This document shows positions 1 through 9,360 of a DNA stretch of 64,000 bases, one piece after another; positions within the stretch are counted from its first letter, which is position 1, and the number at the start of each line of letters is the position of its first letter. The notes beneath the pieces are model-generated. The model saw only the letters and a list, made by a program, of their open reading frames with translations, was not told the DNA's origin and ran no database searches. Made by a program: the position numbers and the translations under genes. Origin of the DNA: an uncultured bacterium (lineage in GTDB: Bacteria > Edwardsbacteria > AC1 > EtOH8); assembly GCA_964518765.1 (NCBI GenBank), contig CAZFJC010000012.1, positions 11,667 to 75,666 of the forward strand, written 5' to 3'.

Positions 1-438
1 GGCTGTCGATCTCCCTCACCTCCCGGAGCCCGTAGATATAGTGGCCCACCTCCCTGGCCCTGGCCCGCTTCAGGCTGTGGACCACGTCCCTGGCCAGGCA
101 GGATTTCCCGGAATGAAACCTGACCCCCGGCCTCAGGTGGAACCGCCAGGTGAGGTCGTCCGGATTCTCCCAGGATACCGCCAGGGCCGGGGTAATTCTC
201 ATCTGCCCGTCGAAGGCCACCAGAGGTTCGTAGATATTGGACAGCACCGAGTGGGTAACACTGTCGTCGTGGCGGTGCGGATCGAGGGTGATGATGTCGT
301 CCTCCATCGACAGACGGATAGCCCGGCGGCCGTTGCCTCCGTGGCGGCAGGAAAACGACATCAGCAGGCAGAGCAGCAGGATCCCGCCCGCCCTGGCCGA
401 CTTAGCAGAGGTTCTCATGGAATGTGCTCCCAAGCTCG
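1..438 (-). CDS. ABC transporter substrate-binding protein, family 5 (peptide/nickel type), N-terminal part; C-terminus lies beyond the window start
   Basis: Manual minus-strand translation from ATG at 436-438: MRTSAKSARAGGILLLCLLMSFSCRHGG (lipoprotein signal + Cys), then ...SVLSNIYEPLVAFDGQMRITPALAVSWENPDDLTWRFHLRPGVRFHSGK, a typical family-5 SBP N-terminal domain. Paralog of the next two genes. Absent from the ORF track because no stop occurs inside the window. Confidence 0.6.
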
Positions 439-441
439 ACT

Positions 442-1953
442 TCATTTCGGCCGGACCTCCTTTCCCAGGACCATCATGTCCAGGCGCGGCGTCCACACCA
501 ATCCGGCGCTTGACCCGCTTACCTGGTCCTCGATGAAAAGAGGTATTATGGCCACGTCCCGGCAGACCAGCCCCATGGCCTGCTGGATAAGCTCCAGCCG
601 CCTCTCCTGCGAGAAGCAGGTGTCGGAGACTTCGATCAGCCGGTCCACCTCGGGATTGGAATAGCCGCCGTAGTTGTTGACGCCGTAGCCGCCGCTTTGG
701 GAATGAAGAGCCTCGTCCAGAAGGTCCGAGGCGTCGCCCGAGGTGCTGCCGTAGCCGATGTAGAATAGGCTGGCGGTGTCCAGGGACCGGAAGAATTGCT
801 CCCTGGTCATCGGCTTCAGCGTCAGCCTGATCCCGGCAGCCGCCATGTGCTCTTGGAGCCGGCGGCCGACCTCTATCCTCTGTTCCGGTATGGAGAGCGT
901 CAGGTCAAGCCCTTGAGGGAAACCAGCCTCCCGGAGCATCCTGGACGCCCGGGCCGGATCATAGGGCAGCGGGGGCAGCCGGCCGTCGCTTCCGAACACC
1001 GTCGGAGGCACCGGCTGGTTGGCCGGGGAGCCGTACCCGTAGCAGACCGACTTCACCAGGTCCTGCCGTTCCACCGCCAGCTGCAGCGCCTGCCGCACCA
1101 AGGGGTGGCTCAGAGGCTTGGCGCTCCAACGAAAGCCCAGGTAGCGGAGGACCAGGCCCGAGCGGTGATGGATGCGGTATTTTTTCGATCCCGCCCCCTC
1201 CAGCCGCCTGGCAGTGGCCTGGTTCATCATGGGGACGATGACCGAGTTTCCGCCGGATTCGAGCAGCCGGCCGATCTCCTCTTCGTCGTTGACCACCATC
1301 AACTTCATCTCGCCGAAAGCCGGCTTTCGGCCCCAATAACCGGGATACGACCTCAGCACCAGGGGCCCGCCCTGGGGGTATTCCTTCAACAGGTAGGGGC
1401 CGGTGCCCACCGGCGAGCGGCCGAAACCCTCCGGCCCCAGTGCGGTGAAGACCTTCTCGGGGATGATGAATACCGAGACCAGCTTGTACAGCAGCAGGGG
1501 AAAGGGCCGCTTGGTGGCGATGCGCACCGACTGCCCATCCAACGCCTCGATGGACTCTATCTGGACGAAGTTCGCCCGGAGGGAGGAACCCGAATCCTCC
1601 TTGGCTCGTCTCAGGGAGAAGACCACGTCCCCCGCCGTCAGCGGGCTGCCGTCGTGGAAGGTGACGCCGCGGCGCAGCCTGAAGATCCAGGTCTTGGGAT
1701 CTGGCGTCTCCCAGTTCTCCGCCAAAAGCGGCGTCACCCTCATCCTGGAATCGAACTCTACCAGGCTCTCGTAGATATTCGACTGGGCCATGACGGTGAA
1801 GACCTCGGGCATGCCGTGCGGCACCAGGGATATAGGCCACCCCTGCCCGGCCACGATCAAGGTCCCGGTCTGCCCGGTCGGGCCGCCGCAGGAGGCCAGG
1901 GCCCCCGCCAGCATAGCCAGGGCCGCTAGAACTGCCGTCCTGGAACGCCTCAT
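442..1953 (-). CDS. ABC transporter substrate-binding protein, family 5 (DppA/OppA-like)
   Basis: 503 aa. Signal peptide + lipobox (LAGALASCGG). SBP_bac_5-type motifs (NIYESLVEFD, TWIFRLRRGVTFHDGSPLTAGDVVFS, GTGPYLLKEY). Confidence 0.8.
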   Translation of the reverse strand: MRRSRTAVLAALAMLAGALASCGGPTGQTGTLIVAGQGWPISLVPHGMPEVFTVMAQSNIYESLVEFDSRMRVTPLLAENWETPDPKTWIFRLRRGVTFHDGSPLTAGDVVFSLRRAKEDSGSSLRANFVQIESIEALDGQSVRIATKRPFPLLLYKLVSVFIIPEKVFTALGPEGFGRSPVGTGPYLLKEYPQGGPLVLRSYPGYWGRKPAFGEMKLMVVNDEEEIGRLLESGGNSVIVPMMNQATARRLEGAGSKKYRIHHRSGLVLRYLGFRWSAKPLSHPLVRQALQLAVERQDLVKSVCYGYGSPANQPVPPTVFGSDGRLPPLPYDPARASRMLREAGFPQGLDLTLSIPEQRIEVGRRLQEHMAAAGIRLTLKPMTREQFFRSLDTASLFYIGYGSTSGDASDLLDEALHSQSGGYGVNNYGGYSNPEVDRLIEVSDTCFSQERRLELIQQAMGLVCRDVAIIPLFIEDQVSGSSAGLVWTPRLDMMVLGKEVRPK

Positions 1954-2001
1954 CTTTCCACCTCTATTTGCTTTGAATGGCCTTCCCGGCTTTCCGGATG
2001 A

Positions 2002-3552
2002 TCACCTACTGGCCCGTCCGGTCCGGAACTCCTTGGCCAGGACCATCTCGTCGCTTCGCGGCGTCCACAGCAGCCCCGGCCTGACGGCATAGTATGTCCT
2101 CTGGTAATACAGGGGTATCAGGGGCAGGTCCTCGGCGACTATGGCCACCGCCCGCTGCAGCAACTCCTGCCTTTTGGCCTGGTCAAACTCCCCGAAGGCC
2201 GACCTGATGACGGAATCCAGCCTGGGGTTGGAGTACCCGGTGCTGTTCCCGTGCCCCAGCTCGCCCGGGGCGTGGCTGTAGAGCTCGTTGATCCCCTCGC
2301 TGGCATCGCCATAGCTGAAGGCCAGCCCGTACATGTAGAAGGGAACGACCCCCTGCTCGATGCCCCGATAGAGGCTGTCCCAGGATATGGTGTCGGCCCG
2401 GAGCTCGATACCAGCGGCCGCCAGCTGGCCCTCCAGCATCTTCCCCACCCGGTAATTCATGGGTTTGAGCAGCAACTGCAGCTTCAACCCGCTCCCAAAC
2501 CCGGCTTGGGCTAGAAGCCTCCTGGCGGTCGCCGTGTCCCGGAGGATCTCCGGCATCGAGGGGTTATATCCCAGGACCGTGGGAGGGACCATCTGGTTGG
2601 CCGCTTGGCCGTGGCCGTTGAAGGCCTTGTCCACCAGCTCCCTGCGGTCGACGGCCAGCGACACGGCGCGCCGCACCCGAAGGTCGGCCAGGGGATTGCC
2701 GCCCTTTCTTGGTTTCATGTCGCAGCCCAACAGCCAGACGGTGTTGTAGGGCGTCTCCCTGATGGAGACTCGGCTGTCCCTCTCCAGCCCCTGCCGCTGG
2801 TCGCCTTCCAGCATGGCGTCCACGTCTATCTCTCCGGCCATCAGGGCGCGCGCCCGCTCCTGGCCCTGGGGAAGGCACCGGTACTCGGCCATCACGAACT
2901 GCGGGCGCTCACCCCAGTAACCCTCGAAACGGTGCAGGGCTGCGCCCCGCCGCTCCAGGAAACGGACGAAACGGTAGGGCCCGGTGCCTATGGCCGTCTC
3001 CCCGGGTTCTAAATCTCTGGGCATTATGGCCACCGCCGCCAACAGCTTGATCAGCATCGGCCGGGGCCGGTCGGTCTGCACCTCGACCGTCAGGCTGTCC
3101 AACTCGGCTATCCGGCATACTACCGACATGTCTCCGGCAAAAATGGAACTGGGATGCTCCTTAGCCCGCCTCAGGCTGTAGACCACGTCATCGGCCCTTA
3201 CCGGCCGGCCGTCGTGAAAACGGGCCTCGGGCCTCAGGTGGAAGCGCCAGTTGTTGTCGTTCGGGTTGTCGTATCCCCTGGCCAGCATCGGCACCACCTT
3301 CAGGTTGGGGTCCATCCCCACCAGCCCTTCGTAGATGTTGGCCAGGATATTGATGGTGATGAACTCGTCCTGGGTGTGCGGGTCCAGGCTGACCGCCCCG
3401 CCGTTCATGGCCACCACCAGCACCGTCCTCCGCCCCGGCGAGCAGCCGGCCGCCGCCAGACAGGCCAGCAGCAGGGATAGAAAGGCTTGTTTGGTGCGCT
3501 TGCTCCTAACCTGCGGCCTTCGTTCTGGCTTACTGTAAATATATAGTAGCAC
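2002..3552 (-). CDS. ABC transporter substrate-binding protein, family 5 (third tandem paralog)
   Basis: ORF 2002..3600. Lipoprotein signal KQAFLSLLLACLAAAGCS. Motifs ILANIYEGLVGMD, WRFHLRPEARFHDGRPVRADDVVYS, GTGPYRFV. Start probably a GTG near 3552; the track's N-terminal MSSKRR.. extension is doubtful. Confidence 0.7.
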   Translation of the reverse strand: MLLYIYSKPERRPQVRSKRTKQAFLSLLLACLAAAGCSPGRRTVLVVAMNGGAVSLDPHTQDEFITINILANIYEGLVGMDPNLKVVPMLARGYDNPNDNNWRFHLRPEARFHDGRPVRADDVVYSLRRAKEHPSSIFAGDMSVVCRIAELDSLTVEVQTDRPRPMLIKLLAAVAIMPRDLEPGETAIGTGPYRFVRFLERRGAALHRFEGYWGERPQFVMAEYRCLPQGQERARALMAGEIDVDAMLEGDQRQGLERDSRVSIRETPYNTVWLLGCDMKPRKGGNPLADLRVRRAVSLAVDRRELVDKAFNGHGQAANQMVPPTVLGYNPSMPEILRDTATARRLLAQAGFGSGLKLQLLLKPMNYRVGKMLEGQLAAAGIELRADTISWDSLYRGIEQGVVPFYMYGLAFSYGDASEGINELYSHAPGELGHGNSTGYSNPRLDSVIRSAFGEFDQAKRQELLQRAVAIVAEDLPLIPLYYQRTYYAVRPGLLWTPRSDEMVLAKEFRTGRASR

Positions 3553-3632
3553 GATTGATATTATTTGTGTTACGTCTTGATGGCGGCGCTTAGATGACAA
3601 TAAGCAGTTTGGCTGGCGGCCTTCCCGAAAGC

Positions 3633-4946
3633 CTAGGTTTTGAGCGGTTTCTTCTTGGCCGCCGGGAACAGGATATTGTTCAGGATCAGGCGGTAGCCCG
3701 GCGAGTTGCGGTGCAGGCGGAGGTCGGTCTTGGGGTCGCCCACCAGGTGCTGGTAGTCCTCGGGATCGTGGCCGCCCAGGTAGGCAAAGCTGCCCTTGCC
3801 GAACAAACCGTGAAGGTATTTGATCTCGTCGGTGCCAGCCACCTCAGCCAAAAGCACCAAGCCTTGCCTGATCAGGGAGCGCCGAAATCCGGTGTCCTGG
3901 CCTAGGAACTCCCTCACCAGGGCGGTGTGGCACTGGGTCAGCATGCAGGAGACCGGGTCGTACTTGGCCGAGAAGTCGAAGAGGGTGAAGTAGGCCTCCG
4001 CCCCCCGCGAGGCCGGGGCCTCCAACGGCCCGTCCTTTGAGCCGACATCGAAGGTGTTGTTGACGTCGATGTCTGAATGTTCGTAGACCATGGGGCTGAT
4101 TATGACCTTGAAACCGGTGAAGGCAATGGTTTGGCCGTAATCCAGCCTTTCCTGGGCGCGGGGGTCGGCCGGATCGCCGTCGAACTCGGCCGGCACAATG
4201 TCGGTCTGGTGAGCCGCCAGGGCGATGTCCAAGGTGGCCGGGGCCGAGCACATGGCGAACAGGAATCCGCCCTCCTGGAGATATTGCCTAATCTTCTGGG
4301 CTACTGCCAGCTTCAGCTGGGAGACCTTGGCGAAGCCCAGCTTCTGGGCCTCGCGGGTGTTGGCTCGGACTTCGTTGCGGTACCAGTCGGTGTTATGGAA
4401 GCTGGCGTAGAACTTGCCGTACTGCCCGGTGAAGTCCTCGTGGTGCAGGTGCAGCCAGTCGTACTGGGCTAGGGCCCCGGAGAGCACCTCCTCGTCCCAA
4501 AGGGTGGAATAGGGCACCTGGGCGTATTCCAGGGCCAGGCGGACCGCGTCATCCCAGGGATCGTAGGTGGGCGGCACGTAGACCGCCAGCCGGGGCGCCT
4601 TCTCCAGCTCGATGCGCTCCATGTTGGCGGCTTCGATCTCCCCGTAGATCGCGCGCTTGCCTCCCTCGCTGACCGCCTGGCAGGCCACCCCCCGCAGCCG
4701 GCACAGGTCTTCCAGGCTTTTTGAGCCGGGCAGCAGGAACGATCCGCCCCGGTAGTTGAGCAGCCACTCCACCTTGTTCCCCTCCTGCAGCGCCTGGTAG
4801 GCGATGCCGTAGGCCTTGAGGTGGTCGGTCTGTGACAGGTCCATGGGGATGAGCAATCCCTGTCCCCAAAGCGTTGGGCATGGACAGAAGATGGCCAGAA
4901 ATATTGTGGCGGCGAGGCAAATGTTTTTTTTCATTTTTCCCAGCAC
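3633..4946 (-). CDS. Secreted protein of the family often (mis)annotated 'asparagine synthetase B' in Bacteroidota-like genomes; function unknown
   Basis: 437 aa. N-terminal signal peptide (MKKNICLAATIFLAIFCPCPTLWGQ). Conserved N-terminal block LIPMDLSQTDHLKAYGIAYQALQEGNKVEWLLNYRGGSFL recalled from that family. No AsnB catalytic motifs seen. Confidence 0.35.
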   Translation of the reverse strand: MLGKMKKNICLAATIFLAIFCPCPTLWGQGLLIPMDLSQTDHLKAYGIAYQALQEGNKVEWLLNYRGGSFLLPGSKSLEDLCRLRGVACQAVSEGGKRAIYGEIEAANMERIELEKAPRLAVYVPPTYDPWDDAVRLALEYAQVPYSTLWDEEVLSGALAQYDWLHLHHEDFTGQYGKFYASFHNTDWYRNEVRANTREAQKLGFAKVSQLKLAVAQKIRQYLQEGGFLFAMCSAPATLDIALAAHQTDIVPAEFDGDPADPRAQERLDYGQTIAFTGFKVIISPMVYEHSDIDVNNTFDVGSKDGPLEAPASRGAEAYFTLFDFSAKYDPVSCMLTQCHTALVREFLGQDTGFRRSLIRQGLVLLAEVAGTDEIKYLHGLFGKGSFAYLGGHDPEDYQHLVGDPKTDLRLHRNSPGYRLILNNILFPAAKKKPLKT

Positions 4947-5205
4947 CGACGGGCCGCCCCCTATAATAGTTTCGGGCAGCCTAACTCTATGATTAGTTTA
5001 TGATTATTGGGTCTGTTTGTCAAGGGTTTTGTTGAAAATTTATAGTTATTATCTACTATCGCCGGAATGAATATAAAGAAGGCTGGCTGAAGGCTACCTT
5101 CCCTAAAAATGGAGCTTATCTCACCAGAGCCATCTTCCCGGTCTGACCGAACTCTCCTGATTCAAGTGTATTTTTACCTATTGTAATCCAGTTCTCCCCT
5201 GCCTG

Positions 5206-5234
5206 TTGACATCCGTATTTTTATCTGCTAATAT
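5206..5234 (+). promoter_or_regulatory. Sigma70-like promoter (TTGACA-17-TAATAT) upstream of the zinc-ribbon ORF and dnaE
   Basis: TTGACA at 5206-5211, 17-nt spacer, TAATAT at 5229-5234, about 65 nt upstream of the ATG at 5301. Confidence 0.35.
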
Positions 5235-5300
5235 CATCCATCATCCGCGGCGGCTGATAGACCCAAGTTCCATCCACATCTCCGAACCTCAGAACATTCC

Positions 5301-5606
5301 ATGAGACGTTGCCATAAATGCGGCCGGGCGCTCCCCCCGGGGGCCGCCTTCTATAATGTAAGAATCTCGGTGCAGCAGGGCTTCGACGGCGTCATCGAGC
5401 CCGGCCCGGCCGAGGACCTCAAGTCCCTGGTCTCCAAGATCGAGCGGCAGACGGCCGGGGTGCCGGAGCGGCTCTTGGAGGACGAGGTCCACAAGGAGTT
5501 CGACTTCGTGCTCTGCCCCCGCTGCCGCGAGAAGTACTCCGCCAACCCCCTGGACCTCCCCCTGGACTCCAGCCAGATACCCAAGAAGGCCTCCGACCTG
5601 GGCTAA
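5301..5606 (+). CDS. Small zinc-ribbon protein (CxxC ... CxxC), hypothetical
   Basis: 101 aa. MRRCHKCGRALPP.. and ..FVLCPRCREKY give two CxxC pairs. Sits directly upstream of dnaE. Confidence 0.5.
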   Translation: MRRCHKCGRALPPGAAFYNVRISVQQGFDGVIEPGPAEDLKSLVSKIERQTAGVPERLLEDEVHKEFDFVLCPRCREKYSANPLDLPLDSSQIPKKASDLG

Positions 5607-5714
5607 TCCGCCAGTTTCTAGTTGCGTGTTCCGAGTTGGAAGTTGTTGCTATCGAGTGCGCCATCGACATCGCACAATCCGGAACCCGCAACTCCGAACT
5701 CGCAACCTGGTAAA

Positions 5715-8700
5715 ATGAAATCCCCCTTCGTCCACCTACACGTCCACACCGAATACAGCATTCTCGACGGCCTGGCCACGGTCGACGAGCTGGTGCGCCG
5801 GGCCAGGGAGTGCGGCATGGACTCGCTGGCCATCACCGACCACGGCAATATGTTCGGCGCCCTGGATTTCTACACCAGATGCCGCTCCCAAGGCATCAAG
5901 CCGATCGTGGGCTGTGAGGTTTACGTAGCCCCTCGCAGCCGTTTCGAGAAGCAGGGCGGCGAAGGCGAGGACACCTCGTACCACCTGGTGCTGCTGGCCC
6001 GGGACGAGGCGGGCTACCGCAACCTGATGAAGCTTTCTTCGGCCGCCTTTCTGGAGGGCTTCTACTACAAGCCCCGGATAGATAAGGAGCTGCTGGCCGC
6101 CCACTCCGCCGGACTTTTGGCCATGTCCTCCTGTACCAAGGGAGAGATCAGCCAGATGATCCTCAGGGGGCGCGACGACCGGCTGCGGGAGGCAGCCTAC
6201 TTCTATCGGGAGCTGTTTGGAGAGAACTACTTTCTGGAGGTGCAGAACCATGGGCTTGACGAGGAGCGCACCGTTCTTCCGGCCATCGTCAGCCTCTCCC
6301 AACAGTTGGGCATCCCCCTGGCGGCCACCAACGACGTCCACTATCTATCCCCGGACGACGCCAAGGCCCACGCCGTCCAGCTCTGTGTACAGACCGGCGC
6401 CACCCTGGACGACCCGAACCGCTTCCAGTTCGCCAACAACAGTTTCTATTTTCGTACCCCGGCCGAGATGGCCCAGCTTTTCAAGGACCTGCCCGAGGCC
6501 CTGGCCAACACCGCGGCCATTGCCGAACGATGCAACCTGCATCTCTCCGACCTGGGCACCGGCCGGCTCAACCTACCTCACTTCCCGGTGCCGCCAGAAT
6601 ACGAGAGCCAGAACCACTACCTCCGCTACCTGGCCAACTCCGGGCTAGCCAGGCGCTACCCCAAGGTCACCCCGGGGCTCCAGGAGAGGTTGGACAAAGA
6701 GCTGTCCATCATCGAACGTATGGGCTTCGCTGGCTATTTTCTGGTGGTCAAGGACTTCATCGACTTCGCCCGCAGGAGCGGGGTGCCGGTGGGGCCGGGC
6801 CGTGGCTCGGCCGTGGGCAGCCTGGTGCTCTACAGCCTGGGCATTACCGATGTCGATCCCATCCGCTACGGCCTGCTATTCGAGCGCTTCCTTAACCCGG
6901 AGCGGGCCAGCATGCCTGATATCGACATCGACTTCGGCGACCTTAAGCGGGAGCTGGTGATCGACTACGTCAAGTCCAAGTACGGCCAGGACAGCGTCTC
7001 CCAGATAATCACCTTCGGCACCATGAAGGCCAGACAGGCGGTGCGCGACGTGGCCCGGGTCTTCAAGCTCTCCTACCCCGAGGCCGACCGCATCGCCAAG
7101 CTCATCCCCTTCAACCAGACCATCGCCGAGGCCCTAAAGAAGGTGCCCGATCTGGCCAAGTTGGTGTCCTCCGATCCCCGCTACCAGGAGGTGGCCGGCA
7201 TCGCCCAGCGCCTGGAGGGACGCATCCGCAACGCCTCCACCCATGCCGCTGGCGTCGTCATCACCCCGGGCTCCCTCACCGACTACCTGCCGCTCTTCCG
7301 CAACCAAAAGGGCGGTGAAATCTCCACCCAGTACGAGATGGGCTGGCTGGAGAAGTGCGGCCTTCTGAAGATGGACTTCCTGGGCCTGCGTAACCTGACC
7401 ATCATCGAGGAGACGGTGGAGCTGGCCCGGGCCGGCGGGGCCCAGGTGGACATGGCCGCCATCCCCCCCGACGACCCCAAAACCTTCGAGCTGCTGCGCT
7501 CCGGCGACACCGTCGGCATCTTCCAGCTGGAGGGCTCGGGGATGCGCGATTTGACCATCAAGTTCCAGACCTCGTCCATCGACGACATCATCGCCATCAT
7601 CTCCCTCTACCGCCCCGGCCCCATGGACCTCATCCCCGACTTCCTGGCCCGGAAGAACGGCCGGCAGCGGATCGAGTACGAGCACCCCCTGCTGGAGGGC
7701 ATCTGCCGCGATACCTACGGCATCCTCATCTACCAGGAGCAGGTGATGCAGGCGGTGCAGGCCCTGGCCGGCTGGAGCCTGGGGGCCGGCTACCTGCTGA
7801 TCAAGGCCATCTCCAAGAAGAATCCGGAGGTGGTCGAACAGCAGCGCCCGGCCTTCATCAAGGGCTGCTGGGAGACGAACAAGATCCCCAAGGAGAAGGC
7901 CGAGAGGATCTTCGACCTGCTGGCCAAGTTCGCCGGCTACGGCTTCAACAAGTCGCACGCCGCCGGCTACGCCATGCTGGCCTACCAGACCGCCTACCTC
8001 AAGGCCCATTTCCCGGCCGAGTACATGTCCGCCCTGCTTTCCAGCGTCATGGGCGACGCCGACAAGACCAACTCCTTCTTGGCCGACTGCCGGGAGAAGG
8101 GCCTGCGCATCCTGCCGCCGGACATCAACGCCAGCGTCTACCGCTACCGTCCCGAGGGCAACTCCATCCGCATCGGGCTGGGCGCGGTCAAGAACGTGGG
8201 CCAGCAGGCCATCGAGGGACTGGTGGCCGTCCGCGCCACCCTGGGGCGTTTCTCCTCCGTGGCCCATATGCTGGAAAACGCCGATCCCAGGCTGGTCAAC
8301 CGCAAGGTGGCCGAGAGCCTGATCAAGGCCGGCTGCTTCGATTCGGTGGACCCTGACCGCCAGGCCCTGCTGGACGCCCTGGACGACTTCATGGACCAGG
8401 CCTCGGAGAAAAGGCAGAGGCGGGAGCAGGGCCAGACGTCCTTCTTCGACGACGAACCTCTTCCCGCCGCCCCCGCGGCCAGGACAGGCAAGGTGGATCC
8501 CAAGGCCTTTCTCCCGTTCGAGAAGGAATCCTTGGGCTTCTACCTCTCGGGCCACCCGCTGGAGAGGTTCAAGGTGGAACTGCGCTCCTTTGCCACCCAC
8601 TCCATCGGCCAGCTGGGCGAGCTGGAGGACAACCAGCCGGTGATCGTCGGCGGCTCGGTTTCGGCCGTCAAGCAGACGCCCCAGCGCAACGGCAAGCCCA

Positions 8701-9185
8701 TGGCCTTCGTCACCCTGGAGGGCCTGTCCGGGACCTGCGAGGTGCTGATCTTCTCGGATCTTCTGGAGACCAAGCGACAGCTTCTGGAGGTTGACTCCAT
8801 GCTGCTGGTGGCCGGCTCGGTCTCCACCCGGGAGGAGGAGAGCCCCAAGATCGTGGCCAACGACCTCTTCCCCTTGGCCCAATGCCGCCATCAGCTGGTG
8901 GAACATGTGGAGGTGGTGCTGGCCCAGGCCCAGATGGATGATAATTCCATAGAGCGCCTCACAAGGATACTGGAGAAATACCCTGGCGCCTGCCCGGTGG
9001 TCTTCCTGGTGGAGAGCCCGGGGGAGCGGCCCATCAAGATCCGTTCCCAGCGTCTGCGGGTCAGCCCCGAGCCCGAGCTCTTCCAGGAGCTGGGCCAGGT
9101 CCTGGGCTCGCAGTCCTTCCGATTCTGCGGCCGCTGGCAGCCGCAGAACGGGAGAAGGCAGGGAAGCTTCAGGCGAAGGGAATGA
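5715..9185 (+). CDS. dnaE: DNA polymerase III alpha subunit
   Basis: PHP domain start MKSPFVHLHVHTEYSILDGL..ITDHGNMFG, polymerase core and OB fold. The track ORF starts at 5622, but the conserved N-terminus begins at the Met at 5715. Confidence 0.95.
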   Translation: MKSPFVHLHVHTEYSILDGLATVDELVRRARECGMDSLAITDHGNMFGALDFYTRCRSQGIKPIVGCEVYVAPRSRFEKQGGEGEDTSYHLVLLARDEAGYRNLMKLSSAAFLEGFYYKPRIDKELLAAHSAGLLAMSSCTKGEISQMILRGRDDRLREAAYFYRELFGENYFLEVQNHGLDEERTVLPAIVSLSQQLGIPLAATNDVHYLSPDDAKAHAVQLCVQTGATLDDPNRFQFANNSFYFRTPAEMAQLFKDLPEALANTAAIAERCNLHLSDLGTGRLNLPHFPVPPEYESQNHYLRYLANSGLARRYPKVTPGLQERLDKELSIIERMGFAGYFLVVKDFIDFARRSGVPVGPGRGSAVGSLVLYSLGITDVDPIRYGLLFERFLNPERASMPDIDIDFGDLKRELVIDYVKSKYGQDSVSQIITFGTMKARQAVRDVARVFKLSYPEADRIAKLIPFNQTIAEALKKVPDLAKLVSSDPRYQEVAGIAQRLEGRIRNASTHAAGVVITPGSLTDYLPLFRNQKGGEISTQYEMGWLEKCGLLKMDFLGLRNLTIIEETVELARAGGAQVDMAAIPPDDPKTFELLRSGDTVGIFQLEGSGMRDLTIKFQTSSIDDIIAIISLYRPGPMDLIPDFLARKNGRQRIEYEHPLLEGICRDTYGILIYQEQVMQAVQALAGWSLGAGYLLIKAISKKNPEVVEQQRPAFIKGCWETNKIPKEKAERIFDLLAKFAGYGFNKSHAAGYAMLAYQTAYLKAHFPAEYMSALLSSVMGDADKTNSFLADCREKGLRILPPDINASVYRYRPEGNSIRIGLGAVKNVGQQAIEGLVAVRATLGRFSSVAHMLENADPRLVNRKVAESLIKAGCFDSVDPDRQALLDALDDFMDQASEKRQRREQGQTSFFDDEPLPAAPAARTGKVDPKAFLPFEKESLGFYLSGHPLERFKVELRSFATHSIGQLGELEDNQPVIVGGSVSAVKQTPQRNGKPMAFVTLEGLSGTCEVLIFSDLLETKRQLLEVDSMLLVAGSVSTREEESPKIVANDLFPLAQCRHQLVEHVEVVLAQAQMDDNSIERLTRILEKYPGACPVVFLVESPGERPIKIRSQRLRVSPEPELFQELGQVLGSQSFRFCGRWQPQNGRRQGSFRRRE

Positions 9186-9198
9186 TATTTTAATCCGA

Positions 9199-9232
9199 AA
9201 AGGGCATCGCTCTCCGCGATGCCCTTTTTATA
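9199..9232 (+). terminator. Rho-independent terminator after dnaE
   Basis: aaaagGGCATCGCtctccGCGATGCCCttttta: GC stem followed by a T-run. Confidence 0.6.
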
Positions 9233-9305
9233 CAACATATTGTAGCCGCAGGATATCGGAGGCCAACAACAGCAGTAAAAAATGTTTAAATATATATAAA
9301 TAATG

Positions 9306-9334
9306 CTTGAAATATTTAACTATATGTTATATAA
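9306..9334 (+). promoter_or_regulatory. Near-consensus sigma70 promoter (TTGAAA-17-TATAAT) in an AT-rich tract
   Basis: TTGAAA 9306-9311, 17-nt spacer, TATAAT 9329-9334. GGAGG at 9351-9355 then ATG at 9361. Confidence 0.4.
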
Positions 9335-9360
9335 TTACAAAAATATCTCTGGAGGCTGGC

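Noticed and set aside
41-664. 207-aa plus-strand ORF (and 237..536, 796..1929, 959..1840, 1403..1774) overlapping the SBP genes
   Set aside because: Antisense/alternate-frame shadow ORFs typical of ~65% GC DNA. Products are Arg/Pro/Gly-rich with no domain features, while the overlapping minus-strand frames encode recognisable SBP_bac_5 proteins.
5622-5714. Upstream extension of dnaE to the ATG at 5622
   Set aside because: The conserved PHP-domain N-terminus begins at the Met at 5715 (MKSPFVHLHVHTEYS). The extension is Ser/Pro-rich and overlaps the leader inverted repeat.
7134-8906. 590-aa minus-strand ORF inside dnaE, plus other long antisense ORFs (e.g. 19093..20418, 26795..28741, 28885..29889, 31084..32439, 39341..40264)
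   Set aside because: Each lies antisense to a gene with unambiguous conserved motifs. Their products are low-complexity Gly/Arg/Pro/Leu-rich. High-GC stop-codon depletion explains them.
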